Below are positions 36,794 through 50,800 of a stretch of DNA of 64,000 bases, piece after piece (position 1 is the stretch's first letter; every line of letters begins with the position of its first letter). The position numbers and the translations under genes were made by a program. The notes under the pieces were generated by a model that worked only from the letters and a program-made list of their open reading frames with translations, was not told the origin of the DNA and made no database searches. Source of the DNA: Spizellomyces punctatus DAOM BR117 (lineage: Eukaryota); NCBI GenBank assembly GCA_000182565.2, contig KQ257452.1; one strand, given 5' to 3'.

Positions 36794-39226
36794 TCAAGCG
36801 CTGCCTACTATCGGAATTGTGGAAGGGCTGGTTATGCCATTCACGGATGAAGCGTTTGGTGCTGATGACGGTAGCGGCGGTTGAGATACTGGTCCCGACC
36901 CGTTCACAGGCTTACTGTCTGCGTTAGCTGCGGTGAGATCGACAATAGTTGCTTCATTACTCGCCCTCCCTTCTAATTTCTGAGTGCCCACATTGGCACT
37001 GCTCTGCTTCTGCTCGAGTGCACGTCGTTTAATATTGTCTAAATGTCTTTGTTTATGCAGCAACGTTAAGCGAGATAGGTGCGCATTATTGACGACCGGA
37101 CGACGGTTTGGTCGAACTTCATTTGCAAATCCGGGTATTCTGAGATTCCAATTACGCTCTGCCAAGGAGCACATTCAATTAGAACGTTAAGATTCCCACG
37201 ATGTGCTAGCTGGTCGCAGCATACCGAGTTCTAGCTGCAAATCCTTGATGCCAAGCGCAGTGGCGCCCCGGTGTTTGGCGGCTTTACATGCCCTCTTGGT
37301 GACTTCCAAAATAAAATCATCGGCAAGATGCAGGAGAAACTGAAGTTCTGATCAATCCAAGAGGAACGGAGCCACAACTTGAAATCGACAAGTCAGAACA
37401 AGTGCACCCACCTCCTCAGTTTCAGGTTCCAGCCTTTCACTGGGATCAATCTGCTCGACAAGCTCGCTCAGTTTTCTCTTCCCAAGCACCGAATCCAGTG
37501 TCAACATGGGACTACTGGTCCCTACGTCCGGGTTTTCTTGAGGTAGCTCTTCCCCGATGGGAGGTGGTGTTGCCTTACGAGGGATAAAAGCGGATCCGGT
37601 TCCTGTGAAAGGAAGATACACCGAGAATGGGACGATCTTAGAATTGGTCACCCTTAGATGAAAGAACCATTTAATCCGTGGCTGCAATACAACCTGGCGC
37701 CGGTGCTACAAATATTGGTGGTGCTGGTGCTGGATGCATCATGGGATCAGCTTCAAGTGGTGTATTATGTCCAAGTAAATCGCTCTATGAAAATTCTGCC
37801 TACCTTGCTGTTGAGGACTCATTGCCGCTGGACCCCCTACCGTAGGGGATTTTCCTACTAATTGCGCGTTCGCTGGCTGAACTTGTGAGGACGCAATGCT
37901 AATTGCGGGTTGACCTGCCTGTGCCGAAACTAGTGGGGCTGTCGAGACCTGAACCGCCAGGGGCCGTTGGACAGCTGTCGGCCGTTGTGCTTGTTGTTGC
38001 TGTTGCTGTTGTTGCAATTGTGGATGTGTGGGTGCATGGGGTTGGGGTATTGGCTGCATGGGTCGCTGTTGAGAGACTGGTTGTGCTTGTGGTGGCTGTG
38101 GTCGTAGGGCTGATATGTTTTGGGCTACTGCTGACCCAGGAAGTGGCTGTTGAGGACGTGGCCCGCTCGCTTGAGCCCTTAGAAGCTGCTGCCGCTGGAG
38201 CTCCTGCCGGCGCGTCATTGCCCCATACCAGTTTCTCATAGGCGCCGTCATGTGCTGCCAGACGGCCTGTGCTTGTTGCTGTGCCTGTCTGCATTGTTCG
38301 GTGAGTCTTCGTTTCTCGTCTTCCGTCGTGGCTTGATCCGCGGCCTGTTTCAAGTCGACAGATGCTTTTCTGAATTGATGGAACCTTGATATAATTTGTT
38401 TTTCCTGTGCTGATATATTTGGCATCTGATTTGGTATAATATTTGCTCCGCCTGTAGTCGGTGTTGCAGCGGTGGGTGCACTGTTTGGCCGAGGAGCACC
38501 AGGCATCGCACCTGCAGCTACCCCAGCGGCACTTAAGGCAGGCAGAGGAACAGAACCGGTCCCTTGAATATTTTGAGGGCGCTGTATTTGCTGTTGAGGT
38601 CTCTGCTGCATTTGTGGGTTCATCGCGTTCGTGGCTTGCGCTGGTGGATGTTGGATTGGGGGGCTCGGAAGCGCCGCCTGCTGCTGAAGGAGATGGTTAC
38701 GGATAGCAAATTGTCGCAGCTGCTGTAGCTGTTGCTGTTGTTGTGTAAGGAGCTGTTGTTGTTGTTGTTGTGGCAAGCTTGCGGCAGGTACCGTTCGAGG
38801 TGAAAACTGTCCTGGAATTGTCATTCCAGGAAGAGCATTTTGTGGGAAGCCCTGTAAAGCCATTTGGCCAGCAGCAAACCCTAGCTGCCCGACAACCCCA
38901 CCGGGTAAGGACCCCATCATACCAGCTTGCTGTTGTATTACAGCACCACGACCTCGGCCTCTTCCTCGTCCCCGGTTTGCGACATTCTGAATAAATCCAG
39001 GTCGACCTACTAACGTTGCTGACGCATTCAGTTGCGGAGACGCAGTTCCTTGAGGTATTAGCGGCGTGGCCTGCGACATGAGCGGCGGGTTTGGAGACAT
39101 GATAGGGTTGACAGGTAAGAGTTGAGGTGAAGCTCTGGCGCCTATTTGCTGCTGCTGTTGCAAGAGGTTTTGTTGCTGTGCTCCAACCACCGACGCAGTC
39201 GGCATCGTATAAAGGGAATCAGACAT
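36794..39226 (-). CDS. TAF12: TFIID/SAGA subunit Taf12 with long Q/P-rich N-terminus; multi-exon
   Basis: Histone fold LGKRKLSELVEQIDPSERLEPETEE/FLLHLADDFI...AKHRGA...KDLQLEL/ERNWNLRIPGF. Confidence 0.9.
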
Positions 39227-39420
39227 TGGCTGCGGTGACGCTCTGCAGCATGTGTGGATGCAAAGGCGTACGCACAATCCGTTGCAAAAGAGCTGGGATC
39301 TCAGCTGTTGAGCTCTGCGCATCCCGACACGTGACCTGGTACAATTATCGTAAGCCCAAGTCCGCCAGTGTGATATTGGTTGAAGTTGAAAAGCACTATG
39401 TACAGAATGCATGAGTTACA

Positions 39421-42400
39421 TCATGCCATGCTAGAGGATGAGTACACCATAATGTTTTTGTTGCCGGGATCCACCTGATGTGTAGAGAGATATGTAAGGT
39501 AGGAATTTAAGCGTGATTCCTGCGGACCCGACGAACCTGTGCAAGTTGCAACCGCTTTTTAACAAGGAAGAATCCTCCAGCTCCAACAATAGCGCTGCCA
39601 ATTACACATCCAGTAGCAATAAATGTTGGACGGATCCACGTAGGCAGTCCGTCGGTCTTGACATCATTTCCTCCCGTTGATGAAGGGGTAGAAACTGTTT
39701 CCATGTGTTGCGTCCCATCTTACATGCCCATAGCAATTAGCTGTAAAGTTTAGTTACATATTATATTGCTGTCAATCGTACCTGGCTCTACCCAGTCCGC
39801 CCAATTAAGCTTCGTCAAATTCGCAGCAGCCGACGAGTTCCTTGAGAGGCACTGACCCTCGAACGCATGGTCCCCGCATACGCCGCAGCCGACGTCGTCA
39901 GCAGGCCCGCATTTACGGTGCTGAAGAGAGCAAGGTGTTCCAGGCCGCTTGGGGGTGACTGTGGCTGGACACTCTTCACTTGCAGAATCGCAAAAGTACC
40001 CTTTGAGGCATGTGCCGCTATCTTCCGCTTTCCGGCATAGATGTGTTGAGTTTCTCAGAATTCCGTATGCATTGCAACAGGGCTTTCTCCTGGGTTGGCT
40101 TCTACTATTAATGTGAGCTGATACCTGCTATCAACTGAACTGAGATATCACCTGTCACAAACATTCGGGCGATCGTCTCGCCGGCACATGCCGCCCAAAC
40201 ACACCATTGTCTGATCATGAAAACTGCCACAAAGCGTTCCATCCGTCTTATTTCGAATCCTGCCGGATCCGTCTCGAAACATCAGACATCGATCAGGGTT
40301 TTCAGGATCCTGGCAGCCGACAATTAGATGTCGTGGCCAAGCATCTACTCACAGCAGTTACGAACCAGACATGCTAGCGTGCAACTGTATTGCGTAGGTA
40401 ACATATACGGACAGTCTTCGTAAGCTCCAGATGGTGGCGCTTTCGGTAAATTCGGCGCCGCTTTACATTGGTCCTCAGCTGAAGCTCTTGCCTTAAGATT
40501 GGGACGTCCCAACTAACTTTCAATTATGAGGATACCTTCAATAACTGCAGTATACCATAGGTCCGGGGTGGCATTTTCTTCCAACCCCTAGTTTTGAGGA
40601 TTCGTTACAAAGTTGGATTGAATCCTGATAAGAAAGAATGGGCCTACCGTCAGCGCATTTCTTGCGACGAAGCAACTTGCGATCTGGTTGAGTGCTCTGT
40701 TGATCGAATATTGAGAGCAGCTAGAGAACTTTCGAGAATTGCTTGAAGTAGAAGCTGATGGATACATTATATAGGGCTTGACGAGTTTGAGTTCAGACAG
40801 TAGGGTCCGTGCGAGAAAGCGCGTAAGTGTGTACCTGAGGTGGCAGGCATTCTGGGGGATTACCAGGAGGATCTTCATGCTGACCATCTTGCAGATTCGC
40901 AATGTTTAGTGCTTTGCCTACTCTCAGACACAAGCCTTCATGTTGTTTACCATGAAATCTGCGTGCAACGGAATGAACAATCTGGCTTAAGCTGAACATA
41001 ACACACATTTCCTACTTACGATCCCATCCCGTGGCCCAGCTCATGAGCCAAAGTTACAACCGCCGTCGACTAAAGTCAATAGACAAAGTAGATGACTGAG
41101 TAACTTTGCTTATAGCAGCGGTAAAATCATACATACTCTAGCCACAAGCATGCTTCCATATATCGGGGTGGAAATGCCGGTGTTATAGCCACCACCTGAA
41201 CATATTCCCCCCGCATATCCTTTCCTTCCGACCTGTGTGGATCCTTAGTGCATGCTACGTTGAATCGCTTTGCCGCATGACTCACATAAGCTAACCCAAG
41301 AGTCGGATTGAAATCTTGGAAGGTCATGAGATGGACCAAGCACGCACCGTTGAACGACGGAAGCCGCTTGTTGAGTACAGCTACCTGCAGTTGTGAAAGA
41401 AGGTCTGATGCTGATGTCGCGGGTTTTCCAAAGCCGCTGGGATCATCGACATTGCGCACCACATACAGATAACTGTGACATGCCGGTAAGTACGCCAGCT
41501 CAATATCGCCAGGACCTTGCTCTAACCTGATGGGAGTACCAACGTTGAACTCCTCCAGATAAATGCTGTCCACATCGTTAAAGAGTGACAGTATAGTCCT
41601 CTCAGAATCGTTGCCAAACATTTTACTGAAGGTGATGTCCGCGACGACAGCGACTGGGCAATCCCGACCATATCCCACGGTAGCGGGTTGAGCCATTTGG
41701 AAAATAGACATGCGAGGAATATTGGAGAGCATCAGAGGGCAAATAGTTTCTCCTGGCCGACATTCTACTTCTATCGCACTCTGATCAATCGCAATGTTGT
41801 TAACGGCGCGCTCTGCAAGTGACGGAAGTCCCGAGTGCCACAACTCCTCTGTTATGCCACCAGGAGCAGGGACTTCAAAACAAGTTGGCCGTTCTCGAAA
41901 CTTATCCAACAAATCATGATCCTCGTACATAATCATGCTCATTTGCGGAGCGCTTAGGTCCGTGCCTGAGCGAACCAATTCAATGTGTAATGTTTTCCGT
42001 TGTCCCTCGTCATCGTCATATGTGATTCTGCCTTCAAAGAGATCATTTCCCATTGCAGTTAACCGAACACTTGAATCCGGCTGTCCACTAACCCTTCCCT
42101 TGAGCACCGAGCTAGCGTCAAATGTGGACGAGAAGCTGGCGGGATTTGCGTAGTGCAACTTCCGGAGAAGGCCGACATTCACCTCAACATCAACTGTCAG
42201 CGACCGCCTTGGGGTCGTAAGCTTAAGTTCCCAAGAATCGGCCTCCCCTACAAGAGAGCGTTTGTGCCGTCCCACTGATTTCACCTCCTCATATCTTTTG
42301 AATAAAGTCTGCAAATCTGAATGTTGGTAGCTTCGGTCAATTCGGTTGTATGATGACATATATCGGTCCTGAATACCTTGGCCATAGCTACTGAGTGCTC

Positions 42401-42458
42401 GCGCATATGTTACAAGTAATACTAAGTATATCAGTGCTTCATATACAGGTACATACAT
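39421..42458 (-). CDS. Second ADAM-family metalloprotease (ADAM10/17-like features); multi-exon
   Basis: Signal peptide, prodomain, CLVHLMTFQDFNPTLGLAYV, LAHELGHGMGS/FH/DG, YIMYPSASTSSNSRKFSSCS, Cys-rich exons, TM FIATGCVIGSAIVGAGGFFLV. Confidence 0.85.
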
Positions 42459-42666
42459 TGCTTCCTCTAGCTCTGTTTTTTATGTGTATATCGCATGCCC
42501 ACGACCAGCTATCCAATGCGGAGATGCTTATATAAGCAATGGTTGGAATCGGAGACATCCAGCATTAGCGGTTGATCGGCCAACAAATTGGTCAGACAGC
42601 TTTCAGGATCGAGCAGCCCGAAACTTGGCCGCGTCTGATCTGCAACAGATCTTTCTACATACGATA

Positions 42667-44571
42667 ATGTCTGACCAAAAAACAACCCTCAATACTGGAA
42701 ATGGAGTGGCCGAGGCTGGTCCAACTGCGCCGACAACAGATGGAGGCTGGGGTAAAAGCGGGACAGCCTCATCGGATAGTACTCCGTTGACGTCCGGTGA
42801 TGTTGGAGGCTGGGGACCTGCACCAGCTGCATACAAGTCTACTGGATGGGGTGAAAACCCGAAGTTTGACATGGGAAAACCTAAACCCGACAGTCCCGCT
42901 ACTACCACGACATTCAGCGGCTGGGGCCAGAGTCCAACCGCATCGATTGGCAACGGCAACGATACCAAAGTGAAGTCTAACAGCTCACCCGCCTCAGCAC
43001 TTTCGCCAGACTCTAAGAGTACGTCGGCTTTCACCCTTGTATTAGCTGTTTGCACTTGGCCGAGCGGGCGCTCATTCTCAAATGTTTGTCGTCAACTTCA
43101 TTAGGCGAAGATGTTGAGGAAATTGTGGAACGGGTAGACAAGCTCTCGACTGATGATGTTGAAGATGATGTGGGGCCCATGAGGAGGCCTGGACTAGTGG
43201 AGTCCGATGAAGTTGTCGAAGTGAAACTGGCAGATCTTGAAGCCGATGTGAACAACACACTATATTCGGGAGTTTCTACATTTGAGGATCTTGGATTACA
43301 TCCAGATCTTCTAAAGGGACTCTACGCTATGGGATTTCAACGTCCTTCCAAAATTCAAGAGAAAGCGCTTCCTTTGCTATTAGCCAACCCCCCAAAGAAC
43401 ATGATAGGACAATCACAATCCGGCACTGGAAAAACCGCGGCATTTGTACTCACTATGCTTAGTCGTGTTAACTTCGCTTTGAATGCCCCTCAAGCGATCT
43501 GTCTGGCTCCGGCCCGTGAGTTAGCTCGACAGATCATGGATGCTGTAAAAGAAATGGGAAAATATACACCTGTCACGACAGCGTTTGCCATCAAAGAGTC
43601 AGTTTCACGCGGGGATAAAATCAATGCACACATCGTGGTTGGTACTACGGGCACAGTGAATGACCTAGTCAGGCGGAGAGCGTTAGATGTTACGAATGTG
43701 AGGATTTTCGTTCTCGATGAAGCAGACAATATGTTGGACCAGAGTGGACTTGGCGATCAAAGTATTCGCGTGAAGAAGTGAGTATGGATCAGATATGAGA
43801 AAGTCAAGCAGAAATCTGATTCCTACATTTATCACAGTCAAATGCCTCGTAACTGTCAAATCGTATTGTTCTCCGCAACATTCCCAGAGAACGTTCGGAA
43901 TTTCGCGGTAAAATTTGCCAAGAACGCTAATATGATCTCACTGCGACAAGAGGAATTGTCTGTAGAAGGAATTAAGCAATTCTACATGGATTGCCGTAAT
44001 GAGGAGCACAAGGTGGAGGTTCTGTGTGCTCTCTACGGGTTACTCACTATTGGCCAGAGTATTATTTTCGTGCGGGTGAGTCGCTGTTTTCATAAGGCCT
44101 CATCGGCATTGAATTGAACACCTCTCTTTATGTGTGAACCAGCGAAGGGAAGTCGCTGAAAAGCTGGGTAAAGCACTGAGCTCGCAAGGGCATGTATGCC
44201 TGGTCCTACACGGTGGTTTCGGACCTGAAGAGCGTGATAAGGCAATAGACGACTTCCGTGACGGGCGCTGCAAGGTCCTGATCAGCACCAATGTGATAGC
44301 GCGGGGTATCGATATTTTGCAAGTCAATCTGGTAGTAAATTACGATATGCCATTGGACGCAAATCGCCGCCCAGATCCCGAGACCTACCTTCATCGTATC
44401 GGCCGTACTGGACGATTTGGACGCAAGGGTGTGAGCATTAACTTTGTGCATAATGAAGAGAGCTACAGGGAGATGAAAGCAATTGAGGCGCACTTCGGGC
44501 GAGAGATTGTACGTGTACCAACGGAAAATTACATGGAAGTGGAAAAGATCTTGAAGAAAGCAGTCAAATGA
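42667..44571 (+). CDS. DBP5: DEAD-box mRNA export helicase Dbp5/DDX19; multi-exon
   Basis: [63 protein letters not shown]. Confidence 0.96.
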
Positions 44572-44815
44572 ACTGGCCGATGTTTGAGCTACTGCGGGAT
44601 GATGTATTTGCCATGTGTGGGGATGTTGTTAATGCTTCATAGTCGTTGTCTGTACAAAAATTGATATAATGACTGGCGTCAATGAAGGGCGAGTCTCATG
44701 CATTGCTGTCATCTGTGATGAGGTCCTGCTCCCATGCGCAGATCACCGGCGGTCCTTACTCTACTACACAAGACGCCGTCATATACAGTATGTAACCTGT
44801 GAACAATGCTCAACC

Positions 44816-46914
44816 ATGAAAGCCAAGAGTCGATACAGTATGACCAGAACCTGGAACAGATCAGAATCAGCCTTACACCACAAGCAGCAACTCATGGACC
44901 CCAACGCGAACGACTCCTCCGATGATGGAGGAGATTTTCCAGCCGCGGAGGATGCGTTGCTAGAGCTTTTTGATACGAGTAGTCCCAGGGACCGATGCGC
45001 GGGACCGTCATCCGATGAAGTTTCAAGTGTGGTTAAAAAGGAGTCCAAGATCTCTATGGCACATGCTCTGGAAAGTCGAGAAGGTTGCAATACATCTATC
45101 TTTCCCAGTCCTGGGCGGCACTTGAAGGTTGTGGCCGGGGTTGCCACTGGAACAGGTACCTGCAAACTTTCAAAAAGCCCTTCTCTATCAACCGCCAGGC
45201 GCACTCGGCAGACTACAGAATGCGAACGGTCTTCTCCGAGCATAACGGAGGGCGAACAATATTTTCGTCGCAAGGGTACCCTTGAGTCGACTAGCTCCGC
45301 TTCTGCACATGTGAGAGCCAAAGAGCGTGGATATTTAGAAAGGGCACCGTGTAGTGGGAATACGACTGGCAACAACTCTGAGGCCAGTTTGGGGTCTTCT
45401 CTTGTGCATAACTATGAAATCTCAGTCCCGAGAACAGGGAGAGTATCTGAATTTTATGAACCGATACCGCACGTAATGAGCAACCAGAGTGCTCCTGCTT
45501 GCACCACCGTGGGGAGCGTGCAGGAAGGAGGGCTCCAACATCGAAACACTTCACTATCATTGGATATGTCACGGGTAAACAGGGTTTACCGGGGAAGTTC
45601 GAGAACTAGAGTACATCGAAGAGAATCGCCAGTGAAGAACATATCCTCTGCATCGGATGCGCAGGGTTCTGAGATCGCAGCTGCTATTGAGAAGGTGGCA
45701 AATATCCGATCGAATCCACCATGGAAGATCAGCTACACAGCGAAAATCGCAGGTCGCGTCAAAACGATCGAGACGTCAGCGTCAACTGGTAAAGCGGGGA
45801 AATCAGTACAGAATCAAACAGGTTGCTTTCTGAAACTTTTCGAAGCGCGCATAAGGCTTCCGTCTCCAATCAAAGAGAGACGAAGAGCATCTGGTGACTG
45901 GGATATCGAAGATTCTGGAGATGAAAGAAAGGAAGAGGAGGGACTAAGATGTCCGCAGTGTCTGCGAGTGTTGAGCCTGCCGTTGTCGCTTTCTGTGGGT
46001 CGTCAGTTTTATAAGCTACGCGAAAGTGAGGTTGTGAGAGACGATGAAATTGTTATCCGAGATCCAATCGCGTTGTATGAATTCTGTCGTACGCATACTG
46101 CGGAAGATGATATAATACCGGCTGGTTTAGCCATGGGATATCCTCGAGAGATAGACTTCAAAAATACGCGGCGCCGTGTACGGCAGATGTTTGCCGATCT
46201 ACTAAGGATTATTGAAGGAAGGGAAGAATCCTACTATAGGCAATTGGCATTAGCCCTGTACAAAGAGTTGGGGACGCGGAAAGCTCAAGGTGACTAAGCG
46301 AGCAGGATGTGGACGTGCTCTTGTAGTGTCGCTGAGTGGCTGATGTTCCAGGTGTAAGATATAAGATGAATACAATGAAGGGAATATCGTGTGGGTATTA
46401 TGGGAAGGTAAGCTTTTCCTACCGAGAATGAAATATGACTTGTTTACGAACATTTCCGTGCATTCTGTAGACTGGAGCTAGGGTCATCATGAAAACTATC
46501 TATGATATGTTTGTAGGCACCGCTGGAAAAACGCCCTATCTGACTGCAAGGATGACCGCACCGCAACCCATCATCGAATATATTCAAGACGTCCTTGTCC
46601 CAGAAGCAGCGATTCGGCTCATTATGGACGATTGCACCATTCATGATAAGCGCCAAGCTCGGGACATCCTGACGGCCAGCTCGGACTTCGGATCCGTCAT
46701 GTTCCCAGATAGTGACGATGAGCACAGTGATGCAGATGAGGAGCCCGACTTGCTGCATTCACCCAGAGTGGCGTCTGGTATTACAAATTCAGATACCCTA
46801 TTCGTTTCGTCTCCGGAGATGACGGAGGAAGAAAGGCTGACACCGGATGGCACGTCGCAGGATCTTACGGGCGAATGGTCGACAGATTATGATTCAATCA
46901 TATGGGTTGTTTGA
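44816..46914 (+). CDS. RTC4-like domain protein; start uncertain, introns near 46290-46470
   Basis: FCRTHTAE...GLAMGYPREIDF, GYYG, YIQDVLVPEAAIRLIMDD...ARDILTASSDFG. Confidence 0.8.
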
Positions 46915-47821
46915 TGTACGTTGTTTGCGCAAAATACATCAAAAGCGAATAATACCACCCTTGTCCATTTCCAAGATTTGGAAGCAAATTGGCATAATGT
47001 AGACGTGAAGAGTGGTAATAGCAAGCGGCACCAAAGTTAAAGGGAGCTTCTTTCTTTTATACATCCTGATAAATGCTTCTTGGAGCATCACTGGTGATGT
47101 GCCGGTCTTTCGGTGTGCTTACGTGTGCGATCGATGAGTCATACCCCGCTAACTCAAAATGCATAGTGTGGAGGTGATTGAAAATGGCACTAGAACTCAT
47201 TATTATCCGGATTAATCCGGTTAGTCATATCGCATAATCAGCATCCCCTCTATCACTCAGATTGGTGTGGCATGCATGCTAATGTTTTTTTTTTAAACTG
47301 CGGTGAGGCGCATGTCAAAGGTCTATAAAAGGGGGGCCTTTTGCTGTCTCTTTCCTCTTTACCCATCCTCAACTCTCAAAGCATCTGCCAAACACTCAAG
47401 CAACTCTCAAGTCCATCATGAGAGTACTGCTCTGGTGTTGAGGACCTCACCCTCCCAACTACAACAACAACATAACCCCTTGCAAATACTATTATTACTA
47501 TGCTGCAACAATCACAGGTATTTCTTGCTGATTTTCCCACGCGGATTATCCAGTCTAATTCTGATCTACCTTAGTATCTGAACATCCTCCAACTAAAGAA
47601 TTTCGGAAGGATTTCTCTCGTGTGGTGGGCTTAGTTACCCGGTTAGAAACAACCATAATGTATTGCATGTGTAATTGGGCCTAGTGGTAGTTGGTTGGTT
47701 GTAAGGAGGGAATTACTTGGCTTTTCCGAACCGGTTGTCGCCGGTTTATTCCCTGGTGTATTGTGTTGTGATATTTGTTATTGCCAATACACTACCTACT
47801 GACTTTCGCTCCATCGTACGC

Positions 47822-50800
47822 ATGTCCAATCCACTCGAACGGTTAAAGCAAAAGTTTAAGGCCCGTGTAGAAAAGGAGGAAGTCTCTGCCACCGCAAGCA
47901 TTGATCTCCAGCCGGCTGACTCTTCTATCCTCCCCGACCTCAGTATCATAGTCGAGAAACTCGATCCGTCCAAACCCATTGACCAGTCGCAACGTGCGCA
48001 GAGTATCACTGAGCTTGCCGATGCAGTGCAAAAATTTAATCTGTCCTCAGAAATTGAAGACTTGTGGCAGCTTGTTGTACCATTCACCAAAATTTCAAAC
48101 TCGGAGGCAGTCCGACATGGGGCTTTAGGTTTTGCACGCGCCTGCGTCTTGTCGAACACGAGTTACAGTGACCTCTTCCGTGCATCGCTTTTCAAAACGG
48201 TGGTGAGTGAGGAATGGGGCAGTGAACATCTTGGAGTACGAATTCAGACGTTGCGCGACTTGGCAAAAGATGGTCGCGATTTGCGGGAACTGGAGCTGGA
48301 CGTAGGACAAAAGTTATGCGAATGGACCACGCAGTTTGCGGATTTTAACTTGGAGGCCAAGGTAGGAGCATCTGTGCCAACTACAGTTGCGTCCGCACCC
48401 GCTAGTGATCATATGACGCCAGACATTGCTTCAACGCGACAACTGCTTGCCCTTATCACCAATGTGATGAAGTTCTCCTTCTTATCTCTTCGCGAATCGC
48501 ATGTCGCGCATTTGGTGGTAACCGCATGCTCTATGGCGTCCCGCACTACAGCGATTGAGCTCGTTCACGACGTGCTACTGTTATTGGACGGCGTAGTGCG
48601 ATATGGCTCTGTTCCCATGGCCGCCTTGCGGCCAGTGATTGAGATGCTGTCATATACAGTCAACCTGGCTGCATACACGCAAGAAAGCTGGCAAGTAATG
48701 CGAAATCTGCTTAAATCACATAGAGCGCGACACGCGATGGATCACCTTTGCCGCATCATTGACGGAATCTCATCAAGTGAGCAAGCTCTCCAACTCCGGG
48801 GAGCCGTCTTTATGGTCGCCATGGCTAGCTGGGGTGCACAGCGAGTGAAAAATCTCTCATACCCATACATGTACCTGTTGCCGTACTTGCGACGAGCGAC
48901 ACGCTTAGGTGATAAGGACGTTAATACTGAAGTGCTCCTATCAATTCAGCGACTGATATCAGAGAACGGTGAAGAACTTTCAAGGGTTGAGTGGGAGTTG
49001 CTGTTGGATATTTTGCGAGAGATGAGCAAACATTTTGTGGTGGACGCACCAGGCAGACCTTGCCAAATCAGTGGCACGAACGCCAAATCTTGGAGCGAAT
49101 TCGCCGCTCCATCTCCTTTGTTTTTCGACTTATTCAATGAAGTATTGATCTCATTGAAAGATGTGTGCCTGGAGCAAGCAGGGCCGATGTCTTTGGCGTT
49201 CCTGGAATTGTTGTTGTCCTTTGGACCTTACCTAACTGAGACGACAGTACTGTCACTTCTGGAACATGCCTTCGGTGTCTCATCGTATGCGGCTTTTTCT
49301 GAAAGGGTCGCTATTATTTCGCGTATTCAGTCGGTTTTCTTCTTTCGTGAGCACCGCCAGTCAATCCGCATGCGTATGCTACAGCTGTTGATTGATGCAT
49401 TTGTCATGTCCTCGCAGGAAGAGCAGGAGGAGATTTTCGAGGTCCTGTTGCAGCCCATTATGCGGCACCTGCCTCGCGAAGAAGCGCAGTCGCCTGTTTA
49501 TTACGAGATGATATCGTGTCTGGCCCGCGTCGCACCAGGATCTGCAGAGAAGCATGTTGTTTCAGTCGTAGAAGCTCTCGTACAGTGTGCTTTAAACACC
49601 GAGTCGGATGCCATCGCAAGTGTACTAATGCTGGCCGAATTGCTCTCTGCCATGGCCACGCAGTCGACCGTTGCCGTAAACCCAGGCACTGGTACCTTGA
49701 CCGCCGACATGTCATTACGCGCTTTGCATGCGACCCTGGAGATCTTTGAGCGTTGCGCAATGGAGCACGGCGGAAAAGGCTGTCTCCTTATTTTTAAGTA
49801 CCTTGTCCGGATACCGACATTCCATGCAGCCCCACATTTCGTTCGGCTGGCATGCCTCCAGTATTTGCTAAAAATGCGTGCCGACGCGCTCTACAGGATC
49901 TTACTTCGACCAACCTCGCGTACTGTTCAAAAGGGTGAGCAGGAGATGCGGGCGACCAAAGGCTCATCAGACGATAGTTCCGGAGAGACATTCTCCAACA
50001 CCGACGACCTTGAAATATGTTCCTCATTATTCTGTTCTGGGAAGCCAAACAATGAGATTACCGATATGCACGAAAAGTCAGCAGACCCTCAGTCGGCAGA
50101 ACGAAGCGAGTCAGATATATGCATTTTGCCGATTGCCCAGCACACCGCTGCATTGCTCCTGATCCTAACAAGGGAGAAGAACTGGGAAATTTACTCGTTT
50201 GTTTTACAGAACCTGGCTACCCAACTGCTGAACCTTCACTTCTTCCAGAACGCTGGACCACAGCTCAGTGTTCTTCGCGCGTTCTTGTGCGAGTTGATTA
50301 TAAATGAGCGGGCTGCTGCGACAGTCTTGGATCTACCGCCATCTGTGCGGAAGTCTGACGTGTATCTATCTGCACTGAAGATGTTGAATATCCTTCTAGC
50401 CTATCGACACTTTTTCACGAAACAAGACGAAGATGAAATTCTAGCCGCTTTTCAAACCGGCCTGTATCGATGGCCGAATGCGGCAAAAACCTGTATCCAC
50501 GCATTTACATTGACTCTGCTTGAACTTCCGCATAGCATGATGAAGCTTCTCCCGGGAACTCTTTTGAAAGTGTCCCAGATGATGTCGTCTGCTATGGCGG
50601 TCCACAACCTTGAATTTCTGGCTACGCTAGCCGGGCTACCAAAGCTGCGAGTTAACTTCACCGACGTGGATATGAAGAGAGTTTTCGTCATCGCTCTCCA
50701 ATACATTAACACAACCAATTCAGCATCTCCGGCAGCCACAACATCTGCATTATCATCTTACGTAGTCCAACTGGCCTATCAGGTTCTGCTTGCATGGTTC

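Noticed and set aside
47164-47794. TAGTG...CACTA ends suggesting a CACTA transposon or solo LTR
   Set aside because: The motifs face the wrong way for CACTA termini and no TSD was found.
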